A DNA stretch of 64,000 nucleotides from Escherichia phage EO1, in sequence record OQ223305.1; one strand, given 5' to 3'. Positions 59,195-64,000 of the stretch are shown in pieces. Each line of letters opens with the position of its first letter. Positions within the stretch are counted from its first letter, which is position 1. The notes below the pieces were generated by a model. It saw nothing but the letters and a program-made list of their open reading frames with translations. It ran no database searches and was not told the origin of the DNA. Position numbers and translations under genes: made by a program.

Positions 59195-59389
59195 ATGCTA
59201 ACACGCGAACAGTTTGAAAAAATCATTAAATTAGCACGTGATATTGAAATAGATTCATATCAATTAGCAGTTGAGCATTGTGAAGGATATTCATACGACG
59301 GTATAGAAGCAGCTAAAAAGGATTTGGATAAATCTAAAGCTAAGCTAGTTCAATATCTTGAAATGATTAGGTGGAATAATGAAAACTGA
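59195..59389 (+). CDS. Hypothetical protein
   Basis: 64 aa ORF. Confidence 0.4.
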   Translation: MLTREQFEKIIKLARDIEIDSYQLAVEHCEGYSYDGIEAAKKDLDKSKAKLVQYLEMIRWNNEN

Positions 59390-59552
59390 AAAGCAGATGT
59401 TTTTAATGAAACTAATTGAAGAATATGCTAATGCAGTTTCTGACTATGAATGTTCTTCTCGGGAAAGAGGTACAGCTTTCGCCAAAGAAGAAATGAAAAT
59501 CATGGTTGATGCTCACACAAAGCTTCAGAATTTTATTGAAAACGTCATTTAA
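59379..59552 (+). CDS. Hypothetical small protein
   Basis: 57 aa ORF below cutoff, overlaps upstream stop. Confidence 0.35.
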   Translation: MKTEKQMFLMKLIEEYANAVSDYECSSRERGTAFAKEEMKIMVDAHTKLQNFIENVI

Positions 59553-59554
59553 TG

Positions 59555-59584
59555 GTTTACAAGTTGGCAAGGTTATGGTATAGT
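59555..59584 (+). promoter_or_regulatory. T4-type early promoter (GTTTAC-N18-TATAGT) with flanking stem ttggca/tgccaa
   Basis: gGTTTACaagttggcaaggttatggTATAGTaatcttgtcaactgccaagg. Confidence 0.5.
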
Positions 59585-59716
59585 AATCTTGTCAACTGCC
59601 AAGGAGAAGAGAATGAAAGTTTTGTTTGTTATATATGTGATGATTCAATATAATTACCCAATGTTTACTTATAATTTGGTGAATAACATTATTGATATTA
59701 TTCAAAGGAGTATGTA

Positions 59717-59902
59717 ATGACAAGTGAGCAGGCTTTTAAATTAAGAGAATTAATTGAGACGTATAGTAGAGCTGTTCATACATCAACAATTATTGATGAA
59801 TCAGCTTTCTCCGGACATGCTAACAAGATTAAATACAAAACTCTTATGGAAGAAGCTAAAGTAAATCTTGATTGTTATATTGAAACTTTAATTGGTAAAT
59901 AA
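59717..59902 (+). CDS. Hypothetical protein
   Basis: 61 aa ORF with RBS aaaggagtatgtaATG. Confidence 0.45.
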   Translation: MTSEQAFKLRELIETYSRAVHTSTIIDESAFSGHANKIKYKTLMEEAKVNLDCYIETLIGK

Positions 59903-59903
59903 T

Positions 59904-60446
59904 ATGAAAGCTGTAATTGAAACAACTGATTTGTTCGGTAATCTAGTTATCGAAAAACGCGGTAATGTATATGTTCTGACGCAGGAAGACGATAGTATTA
60001 TTATTCTTCCTATGGAACTGGCTGCGATTTTATCTTATGCTCCCTCAAGAGTTACCGGTGTAACTAATATTACAGACGACCTCCAAGTTCGTTTTTATCG
60101 TGGCCTTTACGGCGGTAATATTGAAACTGAATTTATGTGTCTTTCTATCAACAATTGGGCAACATTCGTTGCCAAGGTGAAAGAATTCTTGGAATCTGAA
60201 ACAGTCGAAACACCCGAAAAGGCTAAACTTCAATGGGCTAAAGATCGCGGTGCTAGCATTATTAATCCAGTAGCTGCAAATTATACTACGACTTTGGATG
60301 TCAAGACTTCTTATGAAGATGGCGATGTCGTACTTGTTCGCCAAATTGATGATTCTCGAGCACATATTGTCACATTTACCAAAGATGAAGCTATTGCACT
60401 AAAGACTTATCTTGATTCTGTCATTCCAACTATGATTTCAAAGTGA
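59904..60446 (+). CDS. Hypothetical protein (paralog A)
   Basis: ORF 59892-60446 trimmed to MKAVIETT; C-terminus resembles that of the next gene. Confidence 0.5.
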   Translation: MKAVIETTDLFGNLVIEKRGNVYVLTQEDDSIIILPMELAAILSYAPSRVTGVTNITDDLQVRFYRGLYGGNIETEFMCLSINNWATFVAKVKEFLESETVETPEKAKLQWAKDRGASIINPVAANYTTTLDVKTSYEDGDVVLVRQIDDSRAHIVTFTKDEAIALKTYLDSVIPTMISK

Positions 60447-60452
60447 GGAAAT

Positions 60453-60974
60453 ATGTTTATTTCAAGTGGAAGTGGTTTAATTCGTGTTGAATTTAAAAAT
60501 GACATCTTTCTTATTCAAGGAGATGATATTATTAAAATGAGTTATGACGAAATCAAGAAAATTTGTCATGCTCTTGAAAGTCATGGAAAAGTGAACGCTG
60601 TTATTGATATTGGCGATTTATGGGTGACACTTTATGAAGTATCCGAAGGATTTAACATTGAAGATGAAAATAACATTTTAGCTATTGATAAAAGAACTGA
60701 TTTGTTTGATGTATTAAAAGTTTATGAACAGTCAAATGGCGGAAGAAAAGCTGTATTGATTTATCAAAAACCGCATTCATGTGGAACTGCTTCAATCATT
60801 TCAAATATTGAAGGCGAAGTTGATACTTATATGTGTGTTTTAAAAGCTGGTGGTGACCGTCATCCGGATTTTATTTCTATTCGTCAAAACAATGGAGAAA
60901 TTTCATTGTCAAAATCAGAAGCTGAAGCTATGATTAAGTATTTAACAACCGTTACGCCTTCAATGAAAGGATAG
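60453..60974 (+). CDS. Hypothetical protein (paralog B)
   Basis: 173 aa; C-terminal ...SKSEAEAMIKYLTTVTPSM resembles ...TKDEAIALKTYLDSVIPTM of paralog A. Confidence 0.5.
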   Translation: MFISSGSGLIRVEFKNDIFLIQGDDIIKMSYDEIKKICHALESHGKVNAVIDIGDLWVTLYEVSEGFNIEDENNILAIDKRTDLFDVLKVYEQSNGGRKAVLIYQKPHSCGTASIISNIEGEVDTYMCVLKAGGDRHPDFISIRQNNGEISLSKSEAEAMIKYLTTVTPSMKG

Positions 60975-60976
60975 TT

Positions 60977-61291
60977 ATGATTATTAATGAAAACTCTTGG
61001 CACTATAAATTATTCAAATTGTTTAACGATGAATGGCAACGACCTAAGACACTATGTGCATACTTTTGGTCTATTGTTATCCCTACATTTTTCGTTTCTT
61101 TTTTCGGATGCACTATACTCGCAGGTCTAACTATCATCTGTGCAGAAATCATACAGAAATGGCTTATTTTTGGTAGTTTATGGACTCTTATTCCATCAGC
61201 ATTTATACTTGCTATTTTGCTTGTTTTACTTATTATCGGTTCATTTGTTATTCCTGTACATTTGCATGAAAAATATAAAGATTATAAATGA
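60977..61291 (+). CDS. Small membrane protein (2-3 TM helices)
   Basis: 104 aa, strongly hydrophobic. Confidence 0.5.
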   Translation: MIINENSWHYKLFKLFNDEWQRPKTLCAYFWSIVIPTFFVSFFGCTILAGLTIICAEIIQKWLIFGSLWTLIPSAFILAILLVLLIIGSFVIPVHLHEKYKDYK

Positions 61292-61434
61292 AAAAAGGAT
61301 TATGCTTTACACGTAGAAAATATTGATAGAGCGTATAAAGGTTTACCTCCTATTCAACCCAAGAAATCTATTATCGTCGAATTTTTAAAAGCGCGTAAAG
61401 CTAAAGTATGTCCTGTTATTGAATATAAGGCTGA

Positions 61435-62448
61435 ATGATGAAAACAGTAATGAAAAGTTATTTTGGTAGTCATCTTTATGGAATTTCTACCCCAGAATCT
61501 GATGTAGATTTTAAAGAAATCTTTGTTCCTCCTGCTCGCGATATTCTTATTGGAAATGTCAAAGAGCATATGAGTAAAAACACTAACAACACATCATCTA
61601 AAAACACTAAAGATGATATTGACCATGAACTATACAGTCTTAAGTATTTCTTTAAATTAGCAGCAGATGGTGAAACTGTAGCGTTAGATATGCTTCACAC
61701 TCCGCCTGAACTAGTGGTTAAATCTGATTTGCCTGATGTATGGAAGTTTATTCAAGACAATCGTTCTCGTTTTTATACGACTAACATGAAATCCTACTTA
61801 GGATATGTTCGCAAGCAAGCTTCTAAATACGGTGTTAAGGGTTCTCGTTTGGCTGCATTACGTGATGTATTGAAAGTAGTTAATCAAATCCCCGATCAGT
61901 GGGTTGATTACCGAGAAGATGGAACACAAGGACAACGTCGCACTAAAGTTGAAGATATTAAGCATCGTCTTCCAGAAAACGAATTCTGTGAATGGGTGTT
62001 CCATAATCATGAGAAAACAGGTCCACAAACGTTCTACACTGTATTGGGTCGTAAATATCAGACAACGCTTTCTCTTATTGAGCTTAAGCAGTCTTTGAAT
62101 AAACTTGATGCTGAATATGGTGAACGCGCTCGTAAGGCTGAAGCCAATGAAGGTATTGACTGGAAAGCTCTGAGCCATGCTTGTCGTGGTGGACTCCAAC
62201 TATTGGAAATTTACAAAACTGGCGACTTAGTTTATCCACTCCAAGATGCTCCATTTATTCTCGACGTGAAGCTGGGTAAACATCCATTTAAAACTGTTCA
62301 AGAGTTTTTGGAAGATGTGGTCGATCAAGTAGAAGCAGCATCTACTGAAGCTTCTAAGAATGGTATGCCTAAAACAGTAGATATGAGCTTTTGGAATAAT
62401 TTCCTCGAACAGGTTTATCTTGAAAACCACCGAAGTTATTATAAATGA
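61435..62448 (+). CDS. Pol-beta-superfamily nucleotidyltransferase-like protein
   Basis: N-terminal motif FGSHLYGISTPESDVDF fits the hG[GS]x9-13Dh[DE]h NTase signature; 337 aa with helical C-terminal region. Confidence 0.5.
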   Translation: MMKTVMKSYFGSHLYGISTPESDVDFKEIFVPPARDILIGNVKEHMSKNTNNTSSKNTKDDIDHELYSLKYFFKLAADGETVALDMLHTPPELVVKSDLPDVWKFIQDNRSRFYTTNMKSYLGYVRKQASKYGVKGSRLAALRDVLKVVNQIPDQWVDYREDGTQGQRRTKVEDIKHRLPENEFCEWVFHNHEKTGPQTFYTVLGRKYQTTLSLIELKQSLNKLDAEYGERARKAEANEGIDWKALSHACRGGLQLLEIYKTGDLVYPLQDAPFILDVKLGKHPFKTVQEFLEDVVDQVEAASTEASKNGMPKTVDMSFWNNFLEQVYLENHRSYYK

Positions 62449-62449
62449 T

Positions 62450-62474
62450 AGGGAGCCTTCGGGCTCCCTTTTTA
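62450..62474 (+). terminator. Rho-independent terminator
   Basis: gggagcc-ttcg-ggctccc plus ttttt. Confidence 0.7.
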
Positions 62475-62497
62475 TTTCAAAAATTTTTCACAAAGTT

Positions 62498-62527
62498 GTT
62501 TACAAGCATAAAGCTTTATGGTACTAT
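62498..62527 (+). promoter_or_regulatory. T4-type early promoter (GTTTAC-N18-TACTAT) plus conserved leader
   Basis: caaagttGTTTACaagcataaagctttatggTACTATacaactatcaactg. Confidence 0.55.
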
Positions 62528-62561
62528 ACAACTATCAACTGATACGGATTTGGAGAATAAA

Positions 62562-63530
62562 ATGAAAACTGTAACTATCAATAAGGGTATCTACTTCGGT
62601 AAAGAAATCTCTGGAACTTTTGAGCTCTTAGGCGAATGGTTCCCAGATAATGCTCCGGTAGATGCACAAGGAGATGGTAAAGTTTTTGTTGAAATTGACG
62701 GTAAGCGTCGCGGTGTTTGGGTTTACAAATCAGACATTTCATATGATGGTGTAAAAGTTGAAGAAGTTAAAGAATCGTATGAAGATATGAAAACCCGCAT
62801 TAATAAAAGATTTAATGTTATGGGAATGATGACGAATGGTATTATTAATGGAAATATTCGTTCATTAATTATCTCTGGCGCAGCAGGTATTGGTAAAACG
62901 TATTCTTTAGATAAAGCTTTAAATAAAGCAAATGATATTGGATACATTGAATATAAAAGCATTAATGGTAAAATCTCTGGTATTGGTCTTTATGAGCAGC
63001 TTTGGAATAATCGTGAAGAGAATTCTGTCCTTTTGATTGATGATGTGGATGTTTTCTCTGATATGGACATTCTTAATCTTCTGAAAGCTGCTCTGGACAC
63101 TGGAGAGACCCGTAAAGTCTGCTGGAGCACCGCATCTTCTTACTTAGAAGAAAAAGGCATTGAGCGTGAGTTTGAATTTAAAGGAACGATTGTTTTTATC
63201 ACAAACGTTGACATTGACCGCGAATTAGACCGTGGTACTAAACTTGCTCCACATTTACAAGCATTAGTGTCCCGCTCAGTTTATTTGGATTTGGGTGTTC
63301 ACACTAATGAAGAAATTATGGTCAGGGTTGAAGATGTTATTCTTTCAACTGACATGATGCAAAAGCGTGGTCTTTCTGATGAAGAAACTTATAAAGCATT
63401 ATCATGGATGAAAGTCAATGTTAATCGTTTACGCAATGTTTCACTGCGTACTGCTCTTTATCTTGCTGACTTTATTATGACCGACAAAAACGGTTGGGAA
63501 GAAATTGCTACGGTTACTCTTCTGAAATAA
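62562..63530 (+). CDS. P-loop (AAA-like) ATPase
   Basis: Walker A SGAAGIGKT and Walker B VLLIDDVD; ORF 62445-63530 trimmed to Met after RBS ggagaataaaATG; 322 aa. Confidence 0.55.
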   Translation: MKTVTINKGIYFGKEISGTFELLGEWFPDNAPVDAQGDGKVFVEIDGKRRGVWVYKSDISYDGVKVEEVKESYEDMKTRINKRFNVMGMMTNGIINGNIRSLIISGAAGIGKTYSLDKALNKANDIGYIEYKSINGKISGIGLYEQLWNNREENSVLLIDDVDVFSDMDILNLLKAALDTGETRKVCWSTASSYLEEKGIEREFEFKGTIVFITNVDIDRELDRGTKLAPHLQALVSRSVYLDLGVHTNEEIMVRVEDVILSTDMMQKRGLSDEETYKALSWMKVNVNRLRNVSLRTALYLADFIMTDKNGWEEIATVTLLK

Positions 63531-63632
63531 ATTCATAAGAGGACTTCTAAGACAAAAAGGCAGTTCAGAAATAGATTATATGGACTGCCATCAAAAAGAT
63601 GACTAGAATTAAACTGGTAAATGGAGGTAAAG

Positions 63633-63935
63633 ATGTTATACTCAAAAGCTCGTGAAATTTATGAAACTAAAATTAAAGACGCGGTTCATCAGTTCGCAAC
63701 GACAATGCGTTGGACAAATGACTGGGAATACTCCAAGAATCATAAGAAGCCCTTGGTGACAAGAAAGGCTCATATGTTAGTGTTAATAGACCGTGAGCAG
63801 ATTAAAGCCCGAGAAGCCCTCCAGAATCATAAAAAGGCTGCCTTTGAATGGTTTATGGATAACACTGCTCCTGAGACTAAGAAAGCAGTGAGCGCTTGGT
63901 TCAGTGGAAAAAATTGTGAAAGAAGTTTCTTTTAG
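63633..63935 (+). CDS. Hypothetical protein
   Basis: ORF 63621-63935, start probably Met at 63633 after RBS ggaggtaaag. Confidence 0.45.
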   Translation: MLYSKAREIYETKIKDAVHQFATTMRWTNDWEYSKNHKKPLVTRKAHMLVLIDREQIKAREALQNHKKAAFEWFMDNTAPETKKAVSAWFSGKNCERSFF

Positions 63936-63937
63936 TT

Positions 63938-63967
63938 GTTTACAAGACTGTTCCTCTGTGGTACTAT
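63938..63967 (+). promoter_or_regulatory. T4-type early promoter (GTTTAC-N18-TACTAT) inside an RBS-sequestering stem-loop
   Basis: GTTTACaagactgttcctctgtggTACTATacaactatcaactacggaggaacag; stem ctgttcctc/gaggaacag. Confidence 0.55.
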
Positions 63968-64000
63968 ACAACTATCAACTACGGAGGAACAGAAAATGAA

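Noticed and set aside
61292-61438. 48 stop-free codons in frame directly after the stop of the 60977-61291 membrane protein, suggesting read-through
   Set aside because: No ATG/GTG/TTG start, and the chance of an open run this long in AT-rich sequence is a few percent, so not compelling alone. It would need ribosome profiling.

Overview
This window is a contiguous segment of a T4-like (Tequatrovirus-type) myovirus genome, closely related to but not identical with T4. All calls rest on reading the sequence and the supplied ORF track, using gene order, protein lengths and recalled motifs; no database search was run. Positions 1-43053 are the conserved morphogenesis block in T4 order: baseplate hub genes 29(partial)-28-27-51 and 26-25, uvsY/uvsW, inh-hoc, rnlB, head genes 24-23-22-21-68-67-20, tail genes 19-18, terminase 17-16, neck 15-14-13, wac, baseplate 12-11-10-9-8-7-6, 5.4, 5, 53, then 4-2-3-1-57A-57B. 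It carries TATAAATA late promoters (several divergent or overlapping), one MotA-box middle promoter before uvsY, and GC-stem tetraloop terminators. Positions 43054-64000 are accessory and hyperplastic. They hold three internal-protein genes with capsid-targeting leaders, a 10-tRNA array interrupted by a GIY-YIG homing endonuclease (segB), a GC-rich structured non-coding stretch, nudE, lysozyme e, denV, a GrcA-like glycyl-radical gene with a host-like 3' half, regB, a periplasmic lytic-transglycosylase-like gene, a macro-domain gene, tk, rI, and a nucleotidyltransferase plus P-loop ATPase pair. Nine copies of a stereotyped early promoter (GTTTAC-N18-TACTAT) with a conserved leader punctuate this region. 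No single undescribed system is demonstrable from sequence alone; the strongest candidates are ranked in the findings. A further gene starts at 63996 and runs off the window.
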